Program-made: the position numbers and the translations under genes
Source of the DNA: Chiloscyllium plagiosum
Taxonomy: Eukaryota
Assembly: GCF_004010195.1 (NCBI RefSeq)
Contig: NW_025214105.1
Coordinates: 1 to 34,901, forward strand
DNA: 34,901 nucleotides
Direction of reading: 5' to 3'
Part shown: in pieces, positions 21,891 through 33,654 of the stretch
How the letters are laid out: the number at the start of each line of letters is the position of its first letter
Numbering within the stretch: position 1 is the stretch's first letter
The notes under the pieces: generated by a model
The model's input: only the letters and a program-made list of their open reading frames with translations
What the model was told of the DNA's origin: nothing
Databases searched by the model: none

Positions 21891-22846
21891 TCAATTTATT
21901 GGTAATTGTCATCCTATCATGGAAGAAGTGTGGCCTCTCCACTTGCACAACTTACTACCTGATGGCTGTGGCAACAGCAGATCTACTGGTCATCTTCTCT
22001 TCTATCATATTGGATCAACTCATTTCCTATTTTTTCCCAGTATCTTTTCTGGAGATCACTCATGTGTGTAATATCATACTTATTCTTATTTACGTAGGTA
22101 CTGAATGTTCTGTCTGGTTTGTTGTCACTTTCTCACTTGATCGATTTGTAGCCATTTGTTGTCAGAAGTTTAAAACAAAGTATTGCACTGGCAAAACTGC
22201 ACTTGTGATTCTATCAATCACATTCATTGTGATTTGTTTAAAAAACATCCCATTTTACTTCATAGTTGAACCCAGAGAGATGATTGATGATGTTCCTTGG
22301 TTTTGTAAGGAAAAGACAAACTACTATACAGATCCTGCATGGGTGGCATTTGATTGGTTTGATACGATTTTCACACTATTGATCCCATACACTTTAATTC
22401 TCTTTGTCAATGTGCTCACAATCAGACACATTTTAATGATCAGATGGGTCCGGCGGCAACTCAGGGGTGCTGTTGGAAACTGCACTGACCAAGAGATTGA
22501 GAGCAGACGGAATTCTGCAATTTTATTCTTCACAATATCAGGCAATTTCATTTTACTTTGGCTTTTATTTGTTATAAACTTCTTATGTTGTACCATTGCA
22601 GGATATATTCCTGAAAATTACAATGCTTCCTTAAACATCTTTGCAGATGTAGGCATCATGCTGGTGGATTTAAGTCGCTGCACACATGCATTTATTTATG
22701 GTGCCACTCAGTCCAAGTTCAGGGAGCAGTTCAAGAGTGCTGTGAAAAATTCATATACATCAATGTCTAATTTTCTTAACTACTGCTGGGAGCCCCATGT
22801 TTCCAGTAACATTCATCCTCATTTAACTAGAGGTTTCCATAGGTAG
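21891..22846 (+). CDS. gpr139-like: Coding exon 2 of a GPR139-like orphan class A GPCR (end of TM1 to C-terminus); spliced product 339 aa
   Basis: Strong acceptor (tttctttttttcttctctctcttacag|, phase 1). Motifs NLLVIVILS.KKCGLS, ATADLLV (D2.50), CSVWFVVTFSLDRFVAICCQK, FILLW and FIYGATQSKFREQF. No stops or frameshifts. Confidence 0.88.
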
Positions 22847-23030
22847 AACTTGAGCAGTGTTAGTGGAGTGGGGACTGCAAGGGAGGATTCCGGTCAGGTA
22901 ATATTAGTAGTTGGGATTTTGGAGGGGAAAGTCTGAGCTCCCATTTAAGGGGATGGTGAAAAGGAGTGACTGCAGTCTCATCTCTTTGCTAATTATTTCT
23001 AATCCTCAGAAAAGAAAATATCTGTTTAAT

Positions 23031-23036
23031 AATAAA
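23031..23036 (+). terminator. Candidate polyadenylation signal of the GPR139-like gene
   Basis: AATAAA about 185 nt after the stop codon, in an AT-rich region. Confidence 0.35.
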
Positions 23037-23211
23037 GAAAAATATGTATGTATAAAATCACTTGTGTCAATAATCTGTTGTTATTTGAAGTTATTTCTGA
23101 TGATATTTAAATGAAGGTGCCTCTATTTCATTCTCTCATCTGTTTTTCACAGCACTCGCATGGTAGGGAGTGTTAAGGGCCTATGCCCGTATATTTTGGG
23201 CCGGTCGCATC

Positions 23212-23250
23212 CTTCTCTCTCTCTCTCTGTCTGTCTGTCTGTGTCTCTCC
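23212..23250. repeat. (CT)n/(CTGT)n microsatellite
   Basis: ttctctctctctctctgtctgtctgtctgtgtctctc. Confidence 0.85.
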
Positions 23251-24207
23251 ATCCAGCTCTTTCTCTTTTCTTTCACCTTCTGACATTGTTGGGAAACATG
23301 AGCATTGTCGTTAGTTTATCGGCGTCAGCTGTTGCAGTGTTTATCAAGACTCCTGGCTTCGGCAGGCTTGGAGCCTGAACTCATAATTTCATAGGCCTTC
23401 TGCTATGGAGGAGCTTGATGCCCACAGTAGCCCTGCAGTAGGCGCATAGTGGGAGCAGATAGGTCATCATTGGTGTTTGGTGCTCAGTTGGTTGTCGTCT
23501 ACGGCAGAACTTAACGTGCAGACCAAGCTGTATCCTTTGTTCAGCATATGTTTGAGTTCAGCATCGACAGGATGCGACGTCCTTGCGACTTTTGGAGGCA
23601 AGGCCTGGCGACATCAAGAGGCAAGGACGAGCGTGAATTGCTTGAAAGGCTGAGTTTTTTTTTTATATTTCAAAATTATTCCGAAGATTTTGCATTTAAG
23701 AAATTGGTATCAAATTTTCACCATAAGTGGCACATTTGCAAATGTTTCACTGCACTCATGTGAGAATGTGTGACAATAAAACTAATTATAATTCTATTCC
23801 CACCCCCTCCCTCTCTGTTAGGAAGTGGGTTTATCTCCGCACAAGTACAGCAGAGGAACTTATATTATCAAATGAAATAGTAGAAGTAGATCATTCAGCC
23901 ATGGAACAACATCATGGCTCTTCTATTTGTGTTCCAAGTTCTACATTCCAAAATAACACAATAAGATTTGCTTCCCTGCCGAACAAAAACCTATTTGTGT
24001 TAGTTTGAAAATCATTTGATCAATGACTCAACTTCCACTTTTTTCCGATGAAATATTCTAAAGTTACATCGTGATGTAAAGGGAAGACGCCTCCCATCAC
24101 TTACCAATACGTGTGACATTTAGTGTTTTAAATTTGGGTTTCCCTAATTCTGGACTGCCTCACAAAAGGTCACTTTCTATCCTCATCCATGTCAAGGATA
24201 TTTTCGA

Positions 24208-24330
24208 GTCGAGAGTGTGGTGCCAGAAAAGCACAGCAGATCAGGCAGCATCTGAGGACCAAGAGAATCGACCTTTTGGGCATAAGCCCTCCATCAGGAA
24301 TGAGGTTTGCGGGCTGGGGGGCTGAGGGAT
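24208..24330 (-). mobile_element. Penelope-like element 3' tail with a mutated hammerhead motif
   Basis: Reverse strand: ttcCTGATGGa-gggcttatgccc-AAAAggtcgattctc...gatgctgcctgatctgctgtgcttttctggcaccacactctc. The stem II hairpin is intact but both core boxes are mutated. Confidence 0.65.
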
Positions 24331-24334
24331 TTCA

Positions 24335-24640
24335 TTCTCTCAGGATATTCAGGACTCAATACAGTTTGATGAAGTCACCCCTCACTTTTCTCTACTCCAA
24401 TGAAGAGATGTCCAGTCACCCCCAACTTTCCTCTTAAGACAACATATTTATTCCAAATATGAATGTACAAAACCAGCTTTGAAGAGCCAAACGACGCATT
24501 TATGTCCTTTCTTAAATAAGGCAAGTATTCTTGCTCTAATTATTCAAGATGTGGTCTTGTTACTGCTCTGTAAAATGGGAAAATGACATCCTTAGTTTTA
24601 TGTTTAATTCTTCTGGTGATGGAGGCCGTGATGCTGAGAA
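24335..24640 (-). mobile_element. Decayed CR1-clade LINE fragment
   Basis: tcaatacagtttgatgaagtcacccctcacttttctctactccaatga...tcctttcttaaataagg...tattcaagatgtggtct. Confidence 0.5.
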
Positions 24641-25094
24641 AGTCTGTAGCCTTAAAACTTGTCCTTAAACATTAAGAATAAAATTTAGTAATGAATTATA
24701 GAACATGTTTGTTGTACACTACAAAATAAGCCGACAGGCAGAGAGGGTTAGGCCAAATAAAGGGAGAACCCAAGTTATGCAGAAGGTAAAATCATCTGTT
24801 CTCACCAAGTGATAACAGGATGCTCTAAGGCAATTAGGAACTTTTTCCATTATATCAGTGAATCCGTGTAAACAGGACACCAAGTGATAACATTCACAGC
24901 TGTCCCCTGTGAAATTAATGACAGTGTTTGATTCTAACCTCGAAACGAAATTCGGTATCTTCAAAAGCCTTGTAATTAACAGTCAGGTCCCATCAATTAT
25001 AATGGATTCTTGTCACCCTTTAAGCTAGGCAGACACAGAAGGAAAAACATCGTTTCTGTTACAAGACCCTGACTTGAGAGTACAGAAGAACACG

Positions 25095-25152
25095 AGGGAG
25101 ATAGAGAGAGAGAGAAACAGAGACAGACAGAGAGAGAGAGTGAGAGAGAGAG
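25095..25152. repeat. (GA)n-rich microsatellite
   Basis: gagatagagagagagagaaacagagacagacagagagagagagtgagagagagag. Confidence 0.85.
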
Positions 25153-27009
25153 CGTGCATTTTAGTACTGGGACTGCCGAAGCCAGTACAAAACTTTTGGT
25201 GCTTATCTTGCTATGGATTGAACTTGAACTTAATTGCATTTTGGGGACTTTATGATGATTTTGAGTAGCCATAGCTGATTATGAAATGCAAACTCTGTGA
25301 AAGGTAATTTTGATGAAACTTTAACTTGCTCTTCTTGCAGACCATTCTACAATCCTTACCGACTGCCCCACTGCCAATTCTTTCGAATAAGATCTTATGT
25401 CTTATTCGAATTTGAATCACAACCTTGAAAAGAAAGCATGTTTAATTCAAGACTAATGAATCAGTTTAAATGCAACTTGACGGTAACATCTCAGCCTCCG
25501 GTACAGAATGATTCTGTGCTAAGATAAAAAGCAGGACTCTTCTCCCAGCTTAAAATTATTCTGAACCTTATATTGAAGAGATTCTGACACAATCTGTTGG
25601 GAAGCCATTTTATGATCAAATGTTTGCCCTACTTGCTAAGAGTCCATTTTATAAAACAATTGTATCATTGTTTTTACCTAATTGTATCAGACATGCGAGC
25701 TGTGCAAGGATACCTTATGACACCTCTCACTTAATTTAGACTGGTACTTCTTTATAGGAACCCAGCTTGCCAGCAGACCCCTAACTCGTCTGGAATTGTT
25801 TTTCCCACCTGAGGGATAGCTCAAGGCCAGTAAGAGTGATCAGTCAAGCGCACGCAGATATGTCAATTGACTTCTTTTTGTTACGAATTATTGTCTTTCA
25901 CAGTTATCTGTTTAATTATGAGCATGCAGTGTTTTTGTGAACACTTTGCAAAAAGGAAGCCACTTTGTGACAGTACAGCAGAGTAGCCTGCGAGGGCTCT
26001 TAAAGGAAGAGCAATATCCTACTCTCTTAGGTTATTAGAACCTAGTTAGTTTAGCTAAAAGATATCAGTGTAATGTTGTAACAGTGATGCTATTGGTAAA
26101 TAAAGGGGATAACTAAAATTAAACTAAACTGTCTGTAAGTGTTTTTTTTAATTCCAGATTAACAAAGAGTATGATCTCTGGAATGAGCCAAGAGAGGCTT
26201 ACAAGTTGAATCCTCAGAGGATTCCCTGGACCGTCTCAAATCTGTACTTTTACAATGCGAGGTCAGAGACTGGGACCAGGGTGATACACGATGAAATGTT
26301 TGATACCTAAACTTGCTAGCTGCTTGTTTGGTCCTGGCAGAGTCCCTCCCTGCTTTCTACGACTGGTAATGGTGATGAGTTTTCTCTTTGCATATTCTAC
26401 GCCTCACTTGTGTAAACCTTCCAACATCAGTTCTCTCTCCTGAGACAAGCGAAGATTCTAACCATGCTACCTTTATAGTAATCTGTTTATTGACTTCAAG
26501 CAGGAGAACTGCGGAATTTAAAACGCGGGTCGGAAAGTCAAGTTCTCCAAGCTGATCATGAGCCGTGACCTTTGTGAATAGCATAAATAGCTCCATTTGT
26601 GAAATAGTTCCTCATCTTCCTACTAATGATCCTGTTTGGTGAAGTAATAGTTATCTCATGTTTTTAATGTCGTAACATTTTCAACGACCCATCCAGAAGG
26701 GATTATTTCACATCAAACAGAACTTTAAAGGAAAAGCAAGGACAACTGAGTCAAAGCTTGCAGAATGTTTAAGATTTTCAAAGTGAAATTAAAGGATGAT
26801 AGAGTGAGAGAGCAAGAGAGACAGTGATAAAGACAGGGAGGCAGAGACACATAGATAAACATAGAGAGAGATGGAGGCGGAGAGGGTCAGGTACAGTTTT
26901 GAACCTTATGATCCAGGCAGCTAAATGCCCAGCCTAATCACGAACTGAACTGGACTCTCCATATCTATTCTGTAGCTAGAAAAACAGACCAGAGGCTGGG
27001 AACCCACCA

Positions 27010-27450
27010 GCATGTAATGACACTCCCTTCCTCCTCAAAGCATGTTCACCATCTACAGGACACGAGTCAGCCGTGTATTGAAAGCGGTTCAGTTGCCTGG
27101 ATGAATGCGCCTTTAACAATATTCGAGAAGCTTGGTATTACCCAGATTAAAGCATGATTAGCATGCCGTCTATCACATTTAATATACAGACCCTCCATTA
27201 TGGATATGCAGAGGCAGTACATGTGCCAAGTATGAGATGTATTCAAAAATTCAACCCGGCTCTGTTGGCACCTTCCAAATTCTTGAACTCTATCACTTCA
27301 TAAGTCAAACAGAAGATGCAGGGGAACATCACAATTGCACGTTCCCCTCCAAAACATGCACCATTTCACTTTGGATACATACCACTTCTCTTTATTGTCA
27401 CTGTATCCAATCCTAGAGGTCGCTTTTGTCACAGCACTGTGGGTGGCAGT
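27010..27450 (+). mobile_element. Decayed LINE (CR1/L2 clade) ORF2 C-terminal fragment
   Basis: Remnant codons read PQSMFTIYRTRVSRVL...VAWMNAPLTIFEKLGITQIKA, resembling the post-RT segment 'LSTIYKAQVRSVMEYSPLAWM...LKKLDTIQDKA'. Confidence 0.6.
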
Positions 27451-27610
27451 ATGGTGACATGTACTGCGCAGATGAGAGGAGATTACAGATTGGGAGAAAT
27501 GGAAAGATTAAGGAAGGTTAGACACATGTGAAGGAAGATAGAGCTGGGGAGGTTATAACAATAGGGAGGGTTTTTGGGAACAAATGATAAAGGGAATTAA
27601 TTATGATCAA

Positions 27611-27690
27611 ATAAAACAAAGAACTGCAAATGCTGGAGATCTGAAAATAGAAATTGCTGGCAAAACTGAGCAGGTCTGATATGTCATGGA
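27611..27690 (-). mobile_element. Short Penelope-type 3' terminal fragment
   Basis: The reverse strand ends ccagcatttgcagttctttgtttt, similar to the terminus of the PLE copy at ~32950-32981. Confidence 0.45.
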
Positions 27691-27914
27691 CCAGGTCAAA
27701 CCCCCTCAAAATATTTCAAGAAGGCAGTCCAGACCCTAACTTTTCTAGTTGCTTTAAGCAAGTGAAAAGTGTTTATTCCAGCAGTGATGCAGCTAGCCAA
27801 ACCACTCAGTTTTAAACAAAACAGAATTTTTTTACAGATGTACAAAAGAATATCGAATTTAGAATGGCATAAATATTTGAGAATAAAACCAACACGATAA
27901 AGCAACTTAATGAT

Positions 27915-28157
27915 GTTAAAAATCACACCACACCACATTATTGTCGAGCAGGTTTACTTGGAAGCACCAGTTTTCAGACTGGTGCTCCTTCATCAGGTGG
28001 TTGTGGAGTATGTGATTATAAGACACAGAATTTATAGCAAAGGTTTACATTACAGCTCCGAAAACCAATGCTTCGAAATAAAACTGTAGGACTATAAACT
28101 GGTGTGGTGTGATTTTTAACTTAGTACACCCACGTCCAACACCGGCTCCTCCAAATC
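27915..28157. mobile_element. Inverted pair of Penelope-type pLTR fragments
   Basis: 27915-27980 is an imperfect reverse complement of 28053-28120 (tggtgtggtgtgatttttaac shared exactly). The minus copy retains the CTGATGA...GAAA hammerhead boxes. Confidence 0.65.
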
Positions 28158-29504
28158 TCAACTTAATAAGGCTGTTCTAAGTACTTGCAACATCACCAGA
28201 AACATCTTCTTGGCAAATAAAAAGTAAAAACAAACACAGGTTCTTACAGGAGAGATGTCAGAGAGAAGTTTTGTTTGTTCCCAGATAAAACTTGACCAGC
28301 AGCTGCCAACAAAAACAGCATGCTCAAACCAAACCAAGCCGAACTCTGAACTGGGAGAACTGGCCACTGCCCTTTCATTGTACAGGTGTTTTAAGCAAAC
28401 ACATTTAAAAGCTTCTTCAAGTAGTTAAACCAGAACATATCAGAACTTCTGAATTTATGAACCGACCGACAAAAAAATCAAGGGTAAAGTAACCTTGTTG
28501 AAGGGGCAGAATTATCATTGGCATCATCTGCGATAAGAAAGTTTTGAGAACTGAATAATTGTGGAGCACACACTAGCCCCTGTGAAAGTCCCTGAAATAA
28601 TATTTGCCTCCAAAGTCTTTCATGCAGAAATTATTTCAAAGGCACTCTCCACCCTAACAGCAATGTGGGAGTAATGTCACCACACCAAATACAGCTGATC
28701 TTGGATATTAGAAGTGGGATGATAATTGCAAGTTAGCCAGTGACAAACACAAGATAAAAGTCTGATTTCCATCATTGTAAGAAGCAATTGTGAGGAAACA
28801 ATAATTCCTGGTCTTTCCAGCAAAACTCACATCCTGAGGACAAATAACAGTGGATTTGAATTGAGACTTCTTTGTAAATTAAATAACTTTTTAAAAAGGA
28901 CCCTATACACAAAATATCCTCACGATGCACCTCCACAAAACATTCTTTTTTTTCTCCTCAGTTGTGTCCCCACACCCCCTCCTCATTCTCCAAATCCAAT
29001 CCTTGATCTTCCATTGACTCTGTTGGGACTTCTACAGAGACAAAATAACTACAAATGGAAAGTCATTGGTAGACTGAGAATAATTTGGTGTGTAAGACTG
29101 ATGAAAGGTACCACACAGACAATGATGACAGTGCAAGAACAGGATGATAATGATGATAACAGAATTAAGAGGATAGCTCCAATTGGAAGTGTTGACTGAG
29201 GCGAAGCTCTCTTCGCTGGCAAGAGAAGGTTGGAGGGTTACATAATAAAACCTTTAAAGAAATGAAAGTGGTTGGAGGTGGACACAGAAACTTCCATTGG
29301 TATTAAACCAGAGAACACAGAAGCCAAGGCCATACATATAAATTAACCATAAATCAAAACAAAAATACATATAAAACAATCACAAATCAAATAAAAAATG
29401 ATTGATTTTGAATATATTTTTAATAGTGCAGACTCATACTGCCCAAAGGGTCTCTTTTGTACTCCACCAATATATAATAAAAAGAATCTTTGGGACTGTG
29501 GAAT

Positions 29505-29850
29505 GTTTTTGTTTTATTCATTCACAGGATGTGCACATCACTGTCTAAGCCAACATTTGGTGCCCCTTTCTAATTGCCCTAGAAAAGAAGAGTGGCTGCC
29601 TTAGCTATTTTGTTCAATGAGATGCAGACATCCACAATGCCGAGGAGGGGTTATGATTCAGTGACAGTGAAGGAATGTAGATATAGCTAGTGTGGGGCTT
29701 GGAGCAAAACATTCATGCCCTCGTGTTTCCATTATCTGCTGCCCTTCTCCAGGGTTGTAGAGTTTGTGGATTGTAAAGCACTATTGAGGAAGTTTTGATT
29801 AGTTGCATCATTCTGGAGTGTTTACTTACTACTGCCACTGTGATGGAGAA
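29505..29850 (-). mobile_element. Decayed LINE (CR1/L2 clade) 3' end
   Basis: ttttattcattcacaggatgtg...gccaacattt...ctaattgccctaga...gtgacagtgaaggaa...tctgctgcccttctcc. Confidence 0.55.
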
Positions 29851-30104
29851 CCTTTAATGCTACTTTATTCCGGGGGTGGGGTATGTGAAGTGTTTTGGGG
29901 ATGGAAGTGGGATGGGGATCTGGTTAGCTCCTGGAAAGCTAGTTTGCAACATAGAGTTAAAATGGCAGTAAAGTTTCTATTCCTTTATTCGTTGAGATTA
30001 CCTTTAAGCTCTGCCTTCTGATGCTCACCTCTTGCCTGAGACTTGGTGACTTTCAGACTAACATTGCCATCAATTGTCCTGAAACAATAGTGCTTGCAGT
30101 TACA

Positions 30105-30263
30105 GTGGTGATATTTAAGATACATTTTGATAAGTACATGAATGGTGAAGTTTTGAAATGATGTGGGCGAAACGCAGGTAGGTGGGACTAGTTTAGTTTG
30201 GGAACACGTTTGACGGGGATTAGTTGAACAAAAGGATCTGTTTCCATGTTATATGACTCTATG
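30105..30263 (+). mobile_element. CR1/HER1-type LINE 3' end
   Basis: atttaagatacattttgataagtacatgaat...gcaggtaggtgggactag...ctgtttccatgttatatgactctatg, a typical 3' UTR and tail. Confidence 0.7.
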
Positions 30264-30519
30264 TCATTACACCGGACTAGTCACAATCTGCCAACACCAG
30301 GACGATCCACTTCTGCTTACTTTCTGTCAGACAACTGAGAGACCATGTCACTGCATTACTTCCAATCCCATGAGCTTTAACATGGTAACTAATCTCCTGT
30401 GCAGAACTTCAACAAAAACCTTCAGAAATTCAAATTGTACAATGTCAATTCTGCCAAAAAAACTTCCAAAATTGAGAATTAGTGATGGACATTCAGACTA
30501 TCAGTATGAATTTGACTAA

Positions 30520-30770
30520 TCACCTAATTCAGTCCCCTGTTTTGATTTTTTCCCCCATACCTTTTGATCTTGTCAGACTTAAGGTCTATATCTAACTCCT
30601 TCTTAAAAACATCCAATATTTTGTTCTCAACTACTTTCTGTAACAGAAAATTCCATAGGCTCACCACTCTCTGGGCAAAGACAATTGTTCTTACCTCAGT
30701 CCTCAATGGCCCACCCCATATCCTTACACTATGACCTCTGGCTCTGTACTTCCCAGTCGTGAGGAGCACC
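30520..30770 (-). mobile_element. CR1-clade LINE ORF2 C-terminal fragment
   Basis: The translation RARGHSVRIWGGPLRTEVRTIVFAQRVVSLWNFLLQKVVE...FKKELD matches the CR1 motif TRGH...FFxQRVVxLWNxLP...FKxxLD. Confidence 0.85.
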
Positions 30771-31434
30771 CATCATTAATAATCATCATTCTTCTAAACT
30801 CTAGTGAATATAATCCTAGCCAATTAAGTCCAACCACTTCAGGAATCAGACTGGGGAAACAGATTTGTCAATGATGCTTTCCCATTTTCAAATCCATGCT
30901 GACAACATTGAGTCAGATCATCATTTCCCAACTGCCCGTTTATGCAGATTGCTCATCATCAGTATAAATCTAAATTTTCAACTCTTCAGAATAGATTCCA
31001 TAAGCCGAATTAAAAGGGTGGCTCAATTAAATGAGTATTGAAGCAGGTCGTTTACAAACTGTGGATACCCAACCTAGTTTAGGTGCCAGAGAAGCAAATG
31101 TGTCAAAATGAGAAAAAATATCACATTTATCTGACAATATTTGAACTTTAATCAGGTTTAAAAATAATTATAAATAAAACTCATTTCCATTGAGACAATC
31201 GTGGTGAATGATAAGAAGATGAAGGAAAGAAGAGTCCTTCAGCAAATCTTATGACCTTAATACAAACATGAGATGTAGGAGCTGAAGATAGCCAATCAGC
31301 TCATTGAGTCTTCTCCTCCATTAAATGAGATCCCAGCTTGATCTGAAAATCCATAACTTCACTTTCCTGTCTTATTCCCATAATCCTTGATCCCTGATCT
31401 GCTTAAAAATATGCAATTCCTCTGATTCAGGAAT

Positions 31435-31720
31435 CCAAACCATGCGATCATAGTCAAAGGATTAATGGTCAGCCATTCTCCAATGAACTGGGGAAAAACA
31501 ACTTCAATCAATACAGTGAGAAACATTGGAGTTCACAATTTCAGGGAGCTGAAGATGCTCAGTTATTGATTATGTTCAAGGCAGAGTTTGATAGATTATT
31601 AGATACTTAGGGAAGTAATGGGATTGAAGGATCGGGCACTAAAATGCAGTTTTTAAGTCCAGATCCTGTTGATGGCAAGAGAGGCGCTCGGATCTTAATG
31701 TCCTCCTGCTTCTATCTCTA
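31435..31720 (+). mobile_element. Decayed CR1-clade LINE 3' fragment
   Basis: gatgctcagttattgattatgttcaaggcagagtttgatagatt...tcctcctgcttctat. Confidence 0.55.
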
Positions 31721-31779
31721 ACAAATGGAGTAAATTGAGAAATTTGCGTGATGGAATGAACCTTATACTATTGAACAGC

Positions 31780-32981
31780 TTAGCTATTCCCGTAACTACC
31801 TGCACTACACCTCCTCCCACCCAATATCCTACAAGAACACCATCTCATTTTCCCAACTCCTCTGCCTCCACCGTGTCTACTCAGACAAGGAGACATTTCA
31901 CTCACAAGCATCCCAGATGTCCACCTATTTAAAACAATGTGCTTTTCCCCCCTCTGTCTTCGAGACAGCCCTCCATCACACCTCATCCATTCTCCATTCC
32001 ACCGCTCTCAACAACCCCGCTTTCCAAACTCAATAAAGACTGGGTTCCCTTGTCCTCAGCTACCACCATACTAGTTTCCACATGCAACTTATCATCCTTA
32101 ATCCTTCTACCAACTCCAAAAATAACTCATCACCAAAAATATCTTCCCCTCCCGCCTCCATTGGCAATAACCATTCCCTTCGCCAAGCCTTGATTTGCAC
32201 CATTCTCCCCATCAACAACCCGAACCCTCAGGTAGTAGCCCCTGCAACCGTAAAAGATGCAAAGCCTCCCACACCTCTCTCTCCAGGGCCCCAAACAGTC
32301 CTTCCAGGTGAGACAGAGGTTCATTTGCCTCTTCTGCAATCTCATTTGCTGTCATCAGTGCTCCTGAAATGGTCTTCTCTGCATTGAACAGAGCAAAGTT
32401 AAACTCAGGGCACATTTCACCGAGCATCTCAGCCGGTCTTGCAAGAGTCGACTTGACACCCTAGTCACCATCCATTTTAGTTCTCCTCCCACTCCTCCAA
32501 CAAGACCATCCTCAGCCTTTTCCATTGCCGCAGTGAATCAGACCTCAAATTGGAGGAACAGCAATCTTCCACCTGGGCAGCCTACAGCCCGGACAACTTA
32601 ACATTGAGTTCTCTAATTTCAAATAACCTTCCTAACCATCCACTAACTCCTTCTCTAGCCCATCCTCTTCCCTTCCATTCCTCTGATCGACCCTTCCTTC
32701 CAGCTACTAACTGGAATCAGTCTTTGCATCGACCAAGCAGGTCATATATTTTACCTGTGTTCGCCCATACCCACCTCACGACTGTTCTGCTCTCCCCATC
32801 CAATACCCTTTCCCACCCCCTTTTATCTGCAGCTCCTCTTATAATCACACCTAGCCCTGAAGGAGGGTTACATACAAAATGCTGATTTCTCCACTTCTTG
32901 ATTCTACCTGTCTTGCTGTGTTCTTTCAGTCTCTTGTTTGTCTACCTTGGATTCTAGCATCTGCAGTCGTTTTTTTGTCTC
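31780..32981 (+). mobile_element. Decayed Penelope-like retroelement: RT C-terminus, GIY-YIG region and 3' tail
   Basis: Frameshifted remnants YLHYTSSHP.SYKNTISFSQLLCLHRV, PCNRKRCK, QGPKQSFQVRQRFIC and KLRAHFTEHL. Degenerate hammerhead at ~32857-32885 (ctgaagga gggttacatac aaaa). Confidence 0.8.
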
Positions 32982-33201
32982 GAACTCTTCCCATCATCCC
33001 GGAAGTTTGAGCTGCTTTTATTCAGATCTAAGCTCACAGTATTACTGTATATAACTGATCCCAAAATGAAAATTGGATTGATTGACCAGAAGTTTTAGAT
33101 TTACAATTTGATTGCCATGATACTTCATATATGAAGATATTCTCAAAAGGCTGCCGAAGTGCTTTAAATAAAGGAAGATCAAAATTTATCAGACAAATTA
33201 T

Positions 33202-33560
33202 CAGCATGGTGGCTCAGTGGTTAGCACTGCTGCCTCACAATGACAGGGATCCAGTTTTGAATCCATTCTTGACGAATATTTGTGTGGAATTTGCATATTC
33301 TCCCCGTGTCTGCGTGGGTTTGCTGCAGGTGGTCCGGTTTCCTCCCACATTCCAAAGATGCATAAGTTACGTGGATTGGCCATGCGAAATTACCCATAAT
33401 ATCCAGAGTTATGTAGTTTAGATGTGTTAGCCAAAGGATTACAAGGATTACCATATGCATGGTTGCAAGGGTAGGGTGTTGGGATTCTCTTTGGAGGGTT
33501 TGCGTGGACTCATTGGGCTGATTGGCCTGATTCCACATGGTAGAAATTCTATTCTATTCT
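33202..33560 (+). mobile_element. Near full-length HE1-family SINE
   Basis: tRNA-like head ggtggctcagtggttagcactgctgcctcac, body tgtgtggaatttgcatattctccccgtgtctgcgtgggttt...ggtttcctcccaca, and (ATTCT)n tail. Confidence 0.88.
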
Positions 33561-33654
33561 CAAAAAAGATCAACAAAAACACAAGCTATCTTACATCATA
33601 TAGGAAGTAGCTGAAAAAGTCTTTAATCTGCAAACAATCCGGCTAACCTCGAGG

